This document shows, one piece after another, positions 13,566 through 26,570 of a DNA stretch of 64,000 bases. Source of the DNA: Octopus vulgaris. Taxonomy: Eukaryota. The notes beneath the pieces were generated by a model that did no database searches, was not told the origin of the DNA, and was given only the letters and a program-made list of their open reading frames with translations. The position numbers and the translations under genes were made by a program. Every line of letters starts with the position of its first letter. Position 1 is the first letter of the stretch. The stretch spans positions 58,466,001 to 58,530,000 of the forward strand of contig OX597827.1 in the NCBI GenBank assembly GCA_951406725.2. The letters are read 5' to 3'.

Positions 13566-14308
13566 ACAGTAATAGTAGTGACAGTCATGTCTCACAATTG
13601 ATAACTGTAGTGAAATGATGAAATTTGTATTTTAAGTACCAATTGTTAGGCTCCAAGCAGATTGAATCTTACAAATAGTATTTTGACTGATCAGTATGTG
13701 GCTTAGAAGTCATGTTTTGGTGAAACCTGTTATGTGTGAGTGTATGTGTACATACATACATACAGACAGAGAGACAGACATACACACACACACACACACA
13801 CACACAGACACATATATCTATATATCTTTTGCCTCTCATCTCCTAGCAGAAAATTGCCTTCACCTTCACCCCAGAGTTTGTAGTCTTGCAAACAGCAAGA
13901 TGGCCTCACTAGTGCTAACAGCATGAAAAATGTGCCCTGTACATCAGTGTTTCTCAACGTTTTTACTCTTGCGTAACCCTTAAAATAAATTACATGTGTC
14001 AAGGAACCCCTGCACAAAAAAAATTATATTCCATATCTTTCTCATAGTTTTTTCATTGTAGGTCACATGGTAAATATCATATATATATTCACACACTTAT
14101 TGCAGTGGTCCTTCAGTTTTTCTAAGCCCTGTAAAAGAATTCAGAAGGTTGGGCTTCCAACCAGGCCTTTTGCAATACCCCTGAAACCAGAAACTTTTAA
14201 ATACTCCCTTGCATGCATGCATACATACATGCATACATACATACATGCATGCATACATACATACATACATACATACAGACAGACAGACAGACTACATGTA
14301 TGGCATAC

Positions 14309-14451
14309 CTGTAAGTTGGCGAGAACAGATTTAATTTGCTCCAATACCGAAGTTTCAGTATTGTTCAATAATTCTGATAAGCTGTCAGAACTATCTTGTT
14401 TGCCAATCTGTTTCGGAGCAGCTAAATTCTGACGAACATCTGTTAAGCAGT
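14309..14451 (-). CDS. VPS51: VPS51 exon 12
   Basis: (D)[47 protein letters not shown]; cag/gtatg; phase 1-0. Confidence 0.93.
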
Positions 14452-14903
14452 CTGAAATTTGAAGATGATAATAATGAGGATAGTATTCAATAAAAGGGAG
14501 ACGGATGTTAACAATTAAATTTACTCCAGTATATTACTGGTATTTATTTCATCAATATACATACACACATAATTAAGTAAATGACAAAGAAACAGGAAAT
14601 TATGCAAGAACTCTATTAGCTTACAGATGTTTCTGCCATAAGATGTAATGCACTCATTTTGGACCTCTAGGAAGCTATAAGCTGATGTAGAAGCACTCAG
14701 TTTTGAGTGCAATACATAATTTCCTGTTCCTCTGTCATTTCTCTAATTTTATATTATGCTCTATATCCAACCAGTGCTTATTCTGAAGCTTATTTATATT
14801 GAATTCTAAAACTAGGTTATTAGTATTGCTATGCTCAAGTGAAACATTATATGTAAAAGAAATAGGGAGATTACATGAAAAAGGGAATAAAGTGTATACA
14901 AAC

Positions 14904-14983
14904 CTAAAAAGTGCTGTTTCAACATTTGCAAGTAGTAAGCTCCTCTTTCTCTGGCAGCCTTTGACACAATTTCAGTACCAGCT
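14904..14983 (-). CDS. VPS51: VPS51 exon 11
   Basis: AGTEIVSKAARERGAYYLQMLKQHFL; tag/gtttg; phase 2-1. Confidence 0.88.
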
Positions 14984-15188
14984 CTAAAGATGGTGTTAAA
15001 CAGAAGGGTTGTCAATTTAAAAGCAACTAACATTGGACAATGTAAAAGTAACAAACAATTATTACTTCTTAACTTATGTGTGTGTCTTTGTGTTCTTTTG
15101 TGCTAGTGTTCATGTTTGTGTCTGCACATGTATTTTTCTCCTCACCAGGCTATTGTCCAAAAAATATCGAAAGGTGTTCTTTCAATGT

Positions 15189-15440
15189 GGAGGCGCGTGG
15201 TTTAGTGGTTAGGGTGTCAGCATCAGGATCGTAAGATTGTGGCTTCGATTCCTGGACTGGGCGACACGTTGTGTTCTTGAGCAAAACACTTCATTTCACG
15301 TTGCTCCAGTCCACTCAGCTGGCAAAAATGAGTAATGCTGCGATGGACTGGTGTCCCGTCCAGCTGGGGAACACATACACTATAGAAACTGAGAAACCGG
15401 GCCCATGAGCCTGGCTAGACCTTAAAAAGGGCATATTTAT
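15189..15440 (+). mobile_element. tRNA-type SINE family B (Meta-domain-like). Other copies or relatives at about 21152-21410(+), 10452-10781(-), 32764-33062(+), 44060-44370(+), 46689-46870(+)
   Basis: GGAGGCGCGTGGTTTAGTGGTTAGG..TTCGATTCC head, then TTGTGTTCTTGAGCAAAACACTT..CCACTCAGCTG..AAAATGAGTA. The 15189 and 21152 copies are highly similar. Confidence 0.8.
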
Positions 15441-15899
15441 TTTTAAAAATTTATTCTTTCAATGAATCTGCTTTACTTTTCACAGTCTTTTTATTCATTT
15501 GTTCTTCGTCACAGTCTGATGTTCTCCAGAACCATTTAAGTTTGAGACCATTTAGAAGATAGCTCTTCTAGTAATGAAGGTACATTGCCTAGTGGTTAGT
15601 GTGATGCACTTACTATTGCAAGATAATGGTTTCAATTCCCATACTGGGTGAGCACTGTGTTTTTGAGCAAAATAGTTCATTCCACTTTGCTCTGCAATCG
15701 CAATATCTGACATGTGGTACACCATGCACAGTGAGTTAGCTAATGTACAGCACAAACATTTGATCATGATAAACAAATCATTTGTGCAGGTTGTTCAGGA
15801 AGAAATTGCAGAACCCTCACCTGTTATGACAGTAGCGTCCACAATACTCTGGCAATAATACTCTATTCATATTTCCACAGTTCTCATATAGAAACTTAC

Positions 15900-16000
15900 C
15901 GTGAAAAGTCAGTGTCAGGCAAGAGTTTGTTCATAGCTTGAAGTCTCCGATGAAAACGATCCAAAGCACGTACAAGAATAGTATTATCACCTGTTTCTTT
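15900..16000 (-). CDS. VPS51: VPS51 exon 10
   Basis: KETGDNTILVRALDRFHRRLQAMNKLLPDTDFS(R), containing the conserved LVRALDRFHRRL; cag/gtaag. Confidence 0.95.
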
Positions 16001-17233
16001 CTGAAAGGATTCAAAAGGAATTTACATAAGCATATTTGTTTATATATATATAAAATACAAAATGGGACAAGAACGCAAAACATCCGGACAACTAGGTGAT
16101 ACAAAAAGGAACAACAAAACATCAAGATAGACAATACAAAAGAACAAGGATGGGTCATTCGAAGCTTTCTATCCTCAGTCAAGAACCGGATCATCCTCGC
16201 ACTTTCGACTGATTAACCTTGAGTTTGCTCCAATCTGGCCAACCCCATGGAGAAACAATGCTAAGAGCATTAGATTCCTTGGAAGAAAGCATTGAATGTA
16301 CATGAAAACAAGGACAGAAAAACAGACGATGTTACACAAATATAAATACAAAATACAATAAAAATAATAATAACCAAACATAACAGGTGTCTTTCGAGTG
16401 GGGATGAATTATATATATATATAAAGAAAGAGAAAGACATCAAAAAATTATACAGCAGGACGACAAAGGAACATATGGAAAAATTGTACAGAAGATGTGG
16501 ACATGCTCTTCCCTCATCAGTTATCATCCAAAAATCATAATAATTTTGTGCCTTTTAGTGACAAATTGTACATTTTGGTGGCATCAGCAGCAAAGAGCAG
16601 TTGGAGAATAAAGGAGTGAACATAGAGGATAGTGACAAAAATAAACAAATGATAAATAATGACAGAATAAGAGGAGACATAATGGAAAATGATACAGGTA
16701 ACTGGTACATATAAAATATACATATACAAATAAAGGCCTTACAGTTATGAGACAACATTGAGACAAAATGTGTATAATGCTTATCATCATCATATGTACA
16801 AGTAAGAAGATGAAGAATAAATTTAGCATATCTTCATAATTAGTTACAATTAATTTGATATCATACTGTTTCTAACACCAATGCACATAAATGATTCAAT
16901 GTGGAAAGTTACACAATATCTACAGTTGATTACACTGGAGTGACACTTCATCAGACTAGCATTAGGACATATGATCTTAAGCATGGCTGTGTGGTTAAGG
17001 AGATCATTTGCCAACCACATGGTTTCAGGTTCAGTCCTACTAAAAGTCACTGGGAAAATGTATTCTACTATAGATAAGTTAAACTAGGGTCAAAATGCAC
17101 ATTGTTAAATGATATATTGCAGAACAAAATCAAGATAAATTTTTTATCTTAAACTCTTAAACAAACATCTTTGGTGAATCACATCAGAGAAAAAATAACT
17201 GAGAAATCTAATTATATATTAAAATGGACTCAC

Positions 17234-17333
17234 CTCTAAGAGTACTCTCTTGTGTACACAGTCAAAGTACCTTTCCATGAGAGAGTTTACAAAATTCACC
17301 AACTTTTTCAATGCTATTGCATCTAAATTCTCA
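17234..17333 (-). CDS. VPS51: VPS51 exon 9
   Basis: ENLDAIALKKLVNFVNSLMERYFDCVHKRVLLE; cag/gtgag; phase 2-0. Confidence 0.92.
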
Positions 17334-18700
17334 CTGAAATTTGGAAATACAATATTAGACTTTAAGTTTCTCTTAAGACTAATTTGCTTAACTGATCGCA
17401 TAGAATTACCATTTAATAGTTTTTAGATTGTACACATTACACATCTTTTCACAACACTACATATAGCTTATAACATGAACAAGAGTGAAAATAGGTGGAA
17501 AACAAGATTATATGCTTATTTAAAAATAAAATCATGTCAAGCTCAAACACACAAAGCTGTCCACAAAACCCAAGTGTAAAATTGGTGGTTGTTTTTAGCA
17601 TTATACTCAAGAAGACCCATATACCACAGCAGAATTGATACCGGAGGTGGAGCCACATAGAAGCACTGGTGTTGGCACCATGTTAAAAGCATACATAGAA
17701 ACACACTGGGCACTCTGTAAAGTGGTTGGCATTAGGAAGGGCATCCAGCTGTAGAAACCACGTCAGAATAGACAATGGGGCCTGGTGCTGCTCCTGGCCT
17801 TACAAGCATGGAAAACAAACATTAAATGATAATGATGATAATAAAAATGTCTTCAAATAAACTTTATGGGTTCTCATTCCTTTGTCTAACTCAGGCATTG
17901 GCAATTTTTTAAGAGAAGTTGGCTGCATGAGAGATGATTTATCAACAGTTGGGCCACGCTACTAAAAATAAATTCAAGGTAATTTTTCATTTAGAAAATC
18001 AGTGGGGCCACAGTTTGCCTGTGACTGGTCTAATTAGTATGGTTTTTTAGTACATTAGTCAAAGGAGGAAGAGCTGTGACCAAAATCTTTGAAGCTCATC
18101 CCAAATTAGTGAGACTGGTGTGATAGATATTCAGTTGAGCATCTGTATTTCTGCATTTGTACAAAAAAATTGAAAATTGGAGTTCTGATGAAACCAAATT
18201 GAGAGAAGTGTTTAGTATAAAATCTGGGATACAAGAAAAGATGCAGTTGTGTTAGGTGAGCCTGAGGTAGGGTATTAAGCAGAAGATAGTTCAGAGCAGT
18301 ATAGCCTGTTGTAGTAGCTGTAGATGAGGCAAAACTCTTTCATATTGAAATGATTCACACAATATCCAGTATCTATTCCCATGAAATAACCTTTGTTTGA
18401 ATATTTTCTCTTGCCAGAAAAATATTCTACTTTATTACAAGTTTATTTCACACTTTTCTATTTTTAACATTTGCATTTCACTTACAAAGATTTTGCAAGA
18501 ACTTTTTTTTTATATATAAAGACAACTATGTTGATGTGTTATTGGGCAATGAGTTCTGGTTGAAAAGTGCCATTTTGCTACCAGTCAATGTACATAGAAG
18601 AGGAAAATATGGAAAGGAGTGGGGTCAAAGGTGATGTGCTATACATGACTGAGATGAAAAAAATGGTAATAAAAACAATGAAGATGACAATACAACTTAC

Positions 18701-18804
18701 TCTTCTTGAAGTCTGTTTAAGAACATGTCATTGTAAGATGCTATCACAAGACAGATGTTACTGAGGAATGTATTACAGCCATGGTCCACAAATTCAAGGA
18801 CATC
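18701..18804 (-). CDS. VPS51: VPS51 exon 8
   Basis: DVLEFVDHGCNTFLSNICLVIASYNDMFLNRLQE; tag/gtaag; phase 0-2. Confidence 0.93.
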
Positions 18805-18865
18805 CTATTAAAAACAAAGAGAGACAGAATGAACTAAACAGAACAGGAGGGAACGTGGATGGAAG

Positions 18866-18907
18866 AGTTGCTGAAGATGTCACAGATGTGTAACGAAAGA
18901 TTTCCAG
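18866..18907 (+). ncRNA. Minimal type I hammerhead-like motif (intact core, weak helix I)
   Basis: TTG CTGAAGA T GTCACA-GATG-TGTAAC GAA AGATTT C CAG. Confidence 0.45.
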
Positions 18908-19670
18908 ACAATGGACATAAGATAAAATAAGAACAGTAATAAACAAGTGAAGAACAAATAAACAGTGCATATTTTATTTGGCAAGAAAAAAAAAAGAAAA
19001 TTGATCATCCTGAAATATAACAATTTTTATGCTTGATCAATAATTTTGATATTTGTTTTGTTTCCTTAAAAGTAATTTATAATATGAGTTTGCTAAATTC
19101 AGTTACTATGAAGAATGCAGAATCTAACATTTCGAACCATGTCCTTGTGAGCATAACAGACATTTAAAACTCTTAAACATATTTCGGATGTTAAGCTTTA
19201 CACTCTCTGATCACCTTTTATGATGGCCAAATGACTACAACATCACAAACCAGATTTTCCAAAATCTAAGCTTTCTCTTAAGAGTCAGAAAATACTTAAG
19301 ATCTGAACAGGAACATGAACACCTTGTTAATATACTGCTTATGTACAAGGGAGAGTGCAGCTGTTAATGAGTGACAAACCTTCGTTTGCCAAGTTTTTAC
19401 AACCACTATCCATCACTGTACTGAATGCATGCAACAGAATGATCCCTGCTAAAGGCACCCAAGGACCAGATGGTGGTGTTAAACTAAATGATAGATAAAG
19501 TCTATCCTAAAAAAAACAGAGGACACAAACAGCTGGAGTAAATACTGCAAAGCATCAGGTTTGATGCTTTAACAGTTCTACTGATCTACCACCCTGGATT
19601 GGTACTTTATTTGATCAATCCTAAAAGGATAAAAGTCAAAGCTGACCTCAGTGGAATTTCCTCACACAAA

Positions 19671-19896
19671 TTAATCCTTTTGTTAACACATTTCTGTTGA
19701 AATACACTGCCTTTGTTTCAGTTAATACTGAAAATAATGGCAAATTCATTGAAATAATTGTCATTATTAATCTGCTGTTTGGAACATAAAATGGACGTAA
19801 AATTTTGATTGAAAGTCTTAATTAGAATTATTTTAGAACAGAATTTGGGTCATAGAACTGAGGGAAGGCTGAGGCAGGTTGGTATCAAAAGGGTTA
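19671..19896. mobile_element. piggyBac-like MITE, family 1 (relatives near 12725-12913, 29588-30030, 41340-41508)
   Basis: Ends TTAATCCTTTTGTTAAC ... GGTATCAAAAGGGTTA form an imperfect terminal inverted repeat with TTAA context; the body recurs in the window. Confidence 0.55.
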
Positions 19897-20313
19897 CTCT
19901 TTTACTTGTTTCAGTCATTTGACTGCAGCCATGCTGGAGCACTGCCTTTTAGTTGAGCAAATTGACCCCAGGACTTATTCTTTGGAAGCCTAGTACTTAT
20001 TCTATCGGTCCCTTTTGCCGAACCGCTAAGTTACGGTGATGTAAGCACACCACCATCAGTTGTCAAGCGATGTTGGGGAGGGGAGGGACAAACACAGACA
20101 CACAAACATATACACACACACACATACATATATTTATATATATACATATATACGACGGGCTTCTTTTCAGTTTCCATCCACCAAATCCAGTCACAAGGGT
20201 TTGGTTGGCCCGAGGCTATAGTAGAAGACACTTGCTAATGGTGCCATGCAGTGGGAATGAACCCGGAACCATGTGGTTCGTAAACAAGCTACTTACCACA
20301 CAGCCACTCCTGC
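19897..20313 (-). mobile_element. tRNA-type SINE family C (CORE-like, resembles octopus OR-type SINEs) with internal microsatellite. Other copies at about 23436-23992(-), 30202-30592(+), 32370-32700(-), 44565-44910(+), 52119-52450(-), 53455-53810(-)
   Basis: Head GCAGGAGTGGCTGTGTGGTAAG..GGTTC..CCCACTGC, then GCAAGTGTCTTCTACTATAGCC, an internal (TA/TG)n tract, and tail ..ATGACTGAAACAAGTAAAA. Confidence 0.8.
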
Positions 20314-21518
20314 GTTAAATACTAATGTATATAATCCTTCCTCCATAGGTACAAGGCCTGAAATTTTTGGGGAAGGGAATAGTCAATTACCCCATGCCTT
20401 GACTGGTACTTATTTCTTTGACCCCAAAAGGATGAAAGGCAAAGTCAACCTCAGAAGAATTTAAACTCAGAATGTGAAGATGGGTGAAATGCCTCTAAGC
20501 ATTTTGTCTGATGTGAAATTGATTCTGCCAGCTTGCTGCCCTAATAGTAATATAAATGCTAATTTGTGCACCTTGAGGGATGGAAAAGAAGCCCCTTCGA
20601 AGGGCAGAGGAACTTGTTAGGGTCAACAACATCATCATCATTTAACGTCCGCTTTCCATGCAAGCATGGGTTGGACGATTTGACTAAGGTCTGGCAAACC
20701 AGATGACTGCATCAGACTCCAATCTGATCTGACAGAGTTTCTATGGCTGGATGCCCTTCCTAATGCCAACCACTCCGAGAGTGTAGTGGGTGCTTTTACG
20801 TGCCACCGGCACAAGGGCCAGTCAGGTGGTACTGGCAGTGGCCACGCTCAAATGGTGCTTTTTATGTGCCACCTGCACAGGATCTTCATTTGGTGAAACT
20901 GCACAACATAGTCTGTTTGGAAGAGGCTCTTCAGCCAATGGTCAGTCTAGGGTCAACCAATCCAGTCAGCAAATTATTGCCAACTGGAAGAACTGACAAT
21001 TCATCAACCCACATTAACTACTTGAAAACACTATAGAGTTCTGAAACTTCAGAGTATCACCAATTGAAGCTCAATGACTAGTAGTAACATAAAAAAGAGA
21101 GAGAACACAATATTGTTGTTTTGAATGTAAGTATTTGTAATCAAATATCGTGGAGGCGTGTGGCTTAGTGGTTAGGGTGTCAGCATCATGATCATAAGAT
21201 TGTGGTTTCGATTCCTGGACCGGGCGACGCGTTGTGTTGTGTTCTTGAGCAAAACACTTCATTTCACGTTGCTACAGTCCACTCAGCTGGCAAAAATGAG
21301 TAACGCTGCAATGGACTAGCATCCCATCCAGCTGGGGAACACATACGCCATAGAAACCAGGAAACCGGGCCCATAAGCCTGGTTAGGCTTGAAAAGGGCG
21401 CATTTATTTTTTATATTTGTAATCAAATATACATGTGAAAATAGAAATAACAACAAAACAAGTGGATATGTAGGTATGTACGAAAGTTGATGTGTAGAAT
21501 TGTGATAAAATCTATTAC

Positions 21519-21642
21519 TATTGGAGCCATCATGTAGGCTTGAGCAGGTCTTTCTACTTCTTCTATCAGTGGAATTACTCCGGATTGTAATTGTATCTGC
21601 CTTTCCAGTTCAGCCAAATCTTCATCAATCTTTTGACGGGCA
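21519..21642 (-). CDS. VPS51: VPS51 exon 7
   Basis: ARQKIDEDLAELERQIQLQSGVIPLIEEVERPAQAYMMAPI; tag acceptor. The donor ATA|gtaata is weak but gives the required phase 0. Confidence 0.8.
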
Positions 21643-22681
21643 CTAGAAATATAGAACACGCCAGAAAATAATAAAAATATACAAAATGACATTTTTTTTA
21701 CACATTAATTTAATATCTACTCAGTTATCTGTCTTACATACATATACACTGAATAGGAAATGGACCTCAATGAAGCAGTAACAAGTTTCTTGTTACTGCT
21801 TCACTCACTTGTATCTCCAGATAAAGTTATCCAGCATTAGAATCAATGCTGTGTTACAAGAGTGTGTGTGTCTGTGTGTGTGAGAGGTAGAAGAAGGTAA
21901 GAGAGAATGACAAAATGAAGGAAAGAATAAGAGGGGGAAAAAACAGAAAGGGAAGAAAGAAAGAAAAATGAAAAAGAAATTCAGAGAAAGAATGAGAAAA
22001 AAAGACAAAGTAAAAAACAGACAAACAAAGAAAAAAATGATATGAAAAGAAATGAAAAACAGACAGAGAAAGAATTAAAGCAAAGGAAAGACAGAAAATG
22101 TGAGAATGATTTCCATTTCAAAACTACAATTCATACTCACAAAATCTCACATCATTTCTAGCATGGCTAATGTTGGATTTAAGCGTAAATTGAACAAGTT
22201 TACACTTAGGACCCTATTAACAACAGGGGTTTTATAATAATTAGAAGATATGTTTTCAATTTTTATGAGATGTTCAAGGTGCAGGCATGGCAGTGTGGTT
22301 ACAATGGTTGCTTCCCAACCATGTGGTCTTGGGTTCAGTTCCACTGCATGACTCACTTCTGTCTGATCCATGCAATCAAGGAAAAGTGGACATTAAATAA
22401 TGATGATGTCATAGCGTAAATTTCTAAGAGGGGTCTTCCATGCTTTATGTAGCTTTGGATCACTAGCATGACTAGACTGTGTGCTGTCTGGAGTAGCCCT
22501 TCCATTTGCCACCCCTCCCCAACCCCACAAAAAACACATATTGCCTACAGCAGACCCCACCTTTAAAAGTGCTGCTCGGGATGGACCGCCACCCTCCACC
22601 CCACTATGCTAGTGCTTAGGACATTACCAAGTTTAAATCTAGCATTAACTAAGGCAATACAATTTCAGTGTTTTATCAATG

Positions 22682-23064
22682 AACTAGCAGTATTGCCCAG
22701 CGTTGCTCGGGTTTGTTTCGACCCTTTAGAATTGGAATTTTTGAAAAGTAAAAATTTTGCATTATGTAGCTTGTTATTCTCTTTAAGTGAACATTTTTCT
22801 GGTTGAAATACACCAAAAAATGGCGACACAGCAGTAAAAAAATTGGGATTTTCATAGAAAAAAAGCACCCTTTTGATGTAAATAATTTTTGGTCTTAACA
22901 TGGTCCGATTTGTATTTTATCTTCTACGGAATGAAGAGCAAGCCTTCTTCTATCATACTCTCAATTTTGGTCAACTTGCCCCGCAGGGTCTCAGAGGAGA
23001 TAGTGTTAGTTGAAAGCTACCAAACCTTCCATACACAGACAACTTCAGCTTTATATATATAGAC
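22682..23064 (+). mobile_element. Non-autonomous Helitron/Helentron-like element
   Basis: Starts AACTAG..GCCCAGCGTTGCTCGGG (short 5' hairpin) and ends CAGAC..CTTTATATATATAGA, typical ends for such elements. Confidence 0.5.
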
Positions 23065-23178
23065 TAGACTTATATCAACAGAATGTATTTGATGGCAATG
23101 AAGTGATGCATGTTCACTCTCAGGTCTAGGTATTCAGATACTGATTGTTAGAAATAACAGATATTTGATTCAACTTAC

Positions 23179-23267
23179 TGGGACAGAAATTCATCACACA
23201 ACAGTTCTGCAGGTTCTTTTAATTCCAGGAGTAAATCAACACACTCAGCCAGTTCTTTAGGACTTGA
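23179..23267 (-). CDS. VPS51: VPS51 exon 6
   Basis: SSPKELAECVDLLLELKEPAELLCDEFLS(H); cag/gtaag; phase 0-2. Confidence 0.93.
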
Positions 23268-23636
23268 CTGAAAAGAATATATACATATAATGTAAGTAAG
23301 TATACATAAATATATTCAGCATACAGGATAACGATAATTTCTAATATAGGTATAAAGCCCAAGTTTACAAAGGAGATGGGTGAAATTGATTTAAGCAACC
23401 CCCAACAAATATTCATTTATTTTTTTCATTTCATTTATTTACTTGTTTCAGTCATTTGACCCCGACCATGCCAGAGCACTGCTTTTAGACAAATTGACTC
23501 CAGGACTTATACTTTGTAAGCCTAGTACTTATTCTATTGCTCTCTTTAGCTGAACTGGTAAGTTACAGGGATGTAAACACACCAACATTGGTTGTCAAGC
23601 GATGGTGGGGGGACAAGTACAAACACACAAAAATAT

Positions 23637-23645
23637 ATACATATC

Positions 23646-23698
<53 letters not shown>

Positions 23699-23735
23699 AT
23701 ATATATATATATATATGTATGTATATATATATATG

Positions 23736-23778
<43 letters not shown>

Positions 23779-23783
23779 GTATG

Positions 23784-23820
<37 letters not shown>

Positions 23821-23830
23821 GTATATATAT
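23637..23830. repeat. Compound (TG)n/(TA)n/(TATG)n microsatellite inside a family C SINE
   Basis: Read directly from the sequence. Confidence 0.97.
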
Positions 23831-24439
23831 ACGATGGGCTTCTTTCAGTTTCTGCTTACCAAATCCACTCACAAGGCTTTGATCAGCCTGCAACTATAGT
23901 AGAAGACATTTGTTCAAGATGCCACGCAGTGGAACTGAACCTGGAACTATGTCGTTGGGAAGCAAGCTTCTTACCACACAGCCACGCTGCACCTATACTT
24001 TATATATTATACTGAATCCAAAAATGTGAAGAGCAAAGATGAACTTAAAGTAAATGGTCGATACTTTAAACCATCTGGCATTACCATTTCTGCTATACCA
24101 CAACCCTAGGCATTTAAAAAAATATTTTTGTTTTATTGTAATTTCCCAGGAGGAAGGGAGGTGAGGTTGATTTCTAAATTTCACACAATGGAATCAATTT
24201 GCAGGAAGAATATAGTAGGTTTAACAAACTGTTGGCTAATTGTGTGAAGATGCTGATCAAATCAGGAAAACTGTGTTTCTATTAGTTATTCAAACCACTG
24301 ATACTGTCAGTTAATAGTAATCTTTGACAGAAGTGTCACTAGTTTTTGATGGAATTTGAACTCTGGATATATAGAGGTGGAATAGATACCACCTGTCTGA
24401 TACTCTAACAATTCTAACAGCTCTACTTCTCTGGACTGG

Positions 24440-24845
24440 TGTCCTGTTTTACCAAGCCCATCCCCCCCTCCAAAGAAAGGTCCAGTCCTTGTTGTGGTGT
24501 GGTGGCTTGTTTGCTTCAATGACACACTATGCCAGTGGAATGCAAGCTCCTAGGAGGGCCTGGCATGCTAGACAGGTCAACGGACAGAGGCCAGATTAAT
24601 ATGGACCACCTCTTTGCAAAGGTAAAAGTGAATTTGCATAAGGTCAACATCCCAATCTAGAAAGAAAGCTAAGTTACAGAACCGTCAATGACAATTCAAA
24701 ACCAACAAGACCTGGGAGAGGAAGACCTTCTCAGGTAGTGCCCCCACACTAAGAGAGTGGCTCTGAAGATGGCCCAGAGCCAAGAATAGTGGAGAAAAGT
24801 CATCAATGGCCTATACTATATAAGGAGAAAAGGGCTTAAGTAAGG
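24440..24845 (+). mobile_element. Old, internally deleted RTE-like element
   Basis: The 3' part reads like a decayed MAQ..W.KVINGL RTE terminus and ends GGCTTAAGTAAG. Confidence 0.35.
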
Positions 24846-25320
24846 AAGAAAGAATAAAAGTTGAAGTTGACCGTAGCAGGATTTGAACTCAGAACATAAA
24901 GCACCACGGCTAAATACTTGACATTTTGTCTTGTGTTCAAACAATTCTGCCAATCCACCACTCTAATATCCAACATAGACAGAAGGATAGAAATTTGGAG
25001 GAAAGGGCTTAATCAAATCAATCCCAGAATTTGACTGGTGATTTATTTTATCAACAATGGAAAGATCAAGTCAAAATAATCTCCTAACAGGATCTGAACT
25101 CTGACCATAAAGGGACACAACTACAAACTAAAGCATTTTTGTCTATCATACTGGCAATTCTGACATCTACTGCCCAAATAACAATAATAATAATGTACAC
25201 ATATACATAAAAACCCAAACATTATGTCTTGTTAAGTGTAAGATCACTCCTATATTAAAAACAATCTTATGATGTAAACTGGTTTTAGCTGTTATGACAA
25301 AAGATTTCCAATGTATTTAC

Positions 25321-25453
25321 ATCTTTCTCTTGAAATTTCTCCTTCAGTTTTTGGCAAAGTTCATCTACAATTACTAGACAGTCCTCATGAATTCGTTTAA
25401 AGCTTGGCATATGATTGTATTGGATAAGTACTTTCTCAGCTTTAGTGTAATAT
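25321..25453 (-). CDS. VPS51: VPS51 exon 5
   Basis: YYTKAEKVLIQYNHMPSFKRIHEDCLVIVDELCQKLKEKFQEKD; cag/gtaaa; phase 2-0. Confidence 0.92.
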
Positions 25454-26496
25454 CTGGTTGTATAAAGAGAAAAAGAGAAAAAAATAGTGACTTTGATTCA
25501 TTATTGAGTATTTGGGTATGCCTTTATTTTAAATGGGTTTTTTTCTTAGCAACAATATAATTATATTCTTTCAATGAGGCATAAGGTGAAATTTTATAGT
25601 GAAAGTTATAAAGAAGTTGAAGTAACAGTAGTATATCATTGTGAGATAAAAACAGAAAAAAATATAGAGATATTTAGTTCAGCCCCACCATTTCAAACAA
25701 CACAACTGCAGTAATATTAGTATCAAATTTTCACACAAGGCCAGTAATTTCAGGGAAAGGGCAAAGTCAATTACATCATCCCCAGTGACCAAGTGATACT
25801 TATTTTATCGACCTTGAAAAGATGAAAGGCAAAGTCAACCTCAGTGGAATTTAAACTCAGGATGTAAAGGTGGCTGAAATGCTGCTAAGCATTATGCCTG
25901 GCGTGTTAACGATTTTGCCAGTTCACAGCCTTATCCACAACTGCAGTAATTTTGTTACAAAATATAATACAGAAAAATGCAGCTCAAAAGTTACCATTTT
26001 AAGACTGTTGTTAAGATCCACAGCAAATCACAGACAGTCCTCGCCTTATTTATGGAAAACAACTTCTAGGCTGGATTCCAAGAATGGCAGGAATGCTGGG
26101 TCTGGTATATTGTGGTGCAAGGTGACTATTTCAAAAGAGATGATGTTAAAACTTAGGTAAATAAGTTATTTTTTTTATTAAACATAACTAGTCCAGGAAC
26201 CTTTTGATACCACCTCATACTTAAATGTAAGAAGTAGCGTGTGAGCATAGCTCATTTAAAAGTTAACTTTTTTTGGCAAGAGTTTAATGAAAATTTTCCC
26301 ATCAGTTAAACTATATAGAAAGGGTGATCAGTTATAAAATAATACTTTGAGAAAAAACACAGATCCAATCAATTTTAGGGTTTAAGCAAAGGAGAAAAAT
26401 ATTTTTAAAATTGTAGAAGGGTCATTAAAACAAAGACAATCCTAGAATAATTATATTTTTTCCTTCTTTACATTCAGCTATAGCAAAGTTTCTTAC

Positions 26497-26570
26497 CTAA
26501 CTGCTTGACTGTAAGCTTTCATCTCTACACATTTCTTTAAACGTGCTGGAAGTTCAAACAAGAACTGGAG
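26497..26570 (-). CDS. VPS51: VPS51 exon 4
   Basis: LQFLFELPARLKKCVEMKAYSQAV(R); tag/gtaag; phase 0-2. Confidence 0.95.

Noticed and set aside
15189-15265. tRNA gene
   Set aside because: A/B-box-like head of a SINE that continues into the SINE body; no intact cloverleaf or terminator.
16475-16525. CTGATGA plus helix on the minus strand
   Set aside because: GTAC stands where GAAA is required, and there is no helix I.
16860-16970. Possible box C/D snoRNA (TGATGA on the VPS51 sense strand)
   Set aside because: No box D or terminal stem seen. A related copy at about 55815-55910 is antisense to its host gene, indicating a dispersed repeat.
23537-24015. ORFs of 96-137 aa rich in Y/I/C/V
   Set aside because: Translations of a (TA)/(TG) microsatellite.
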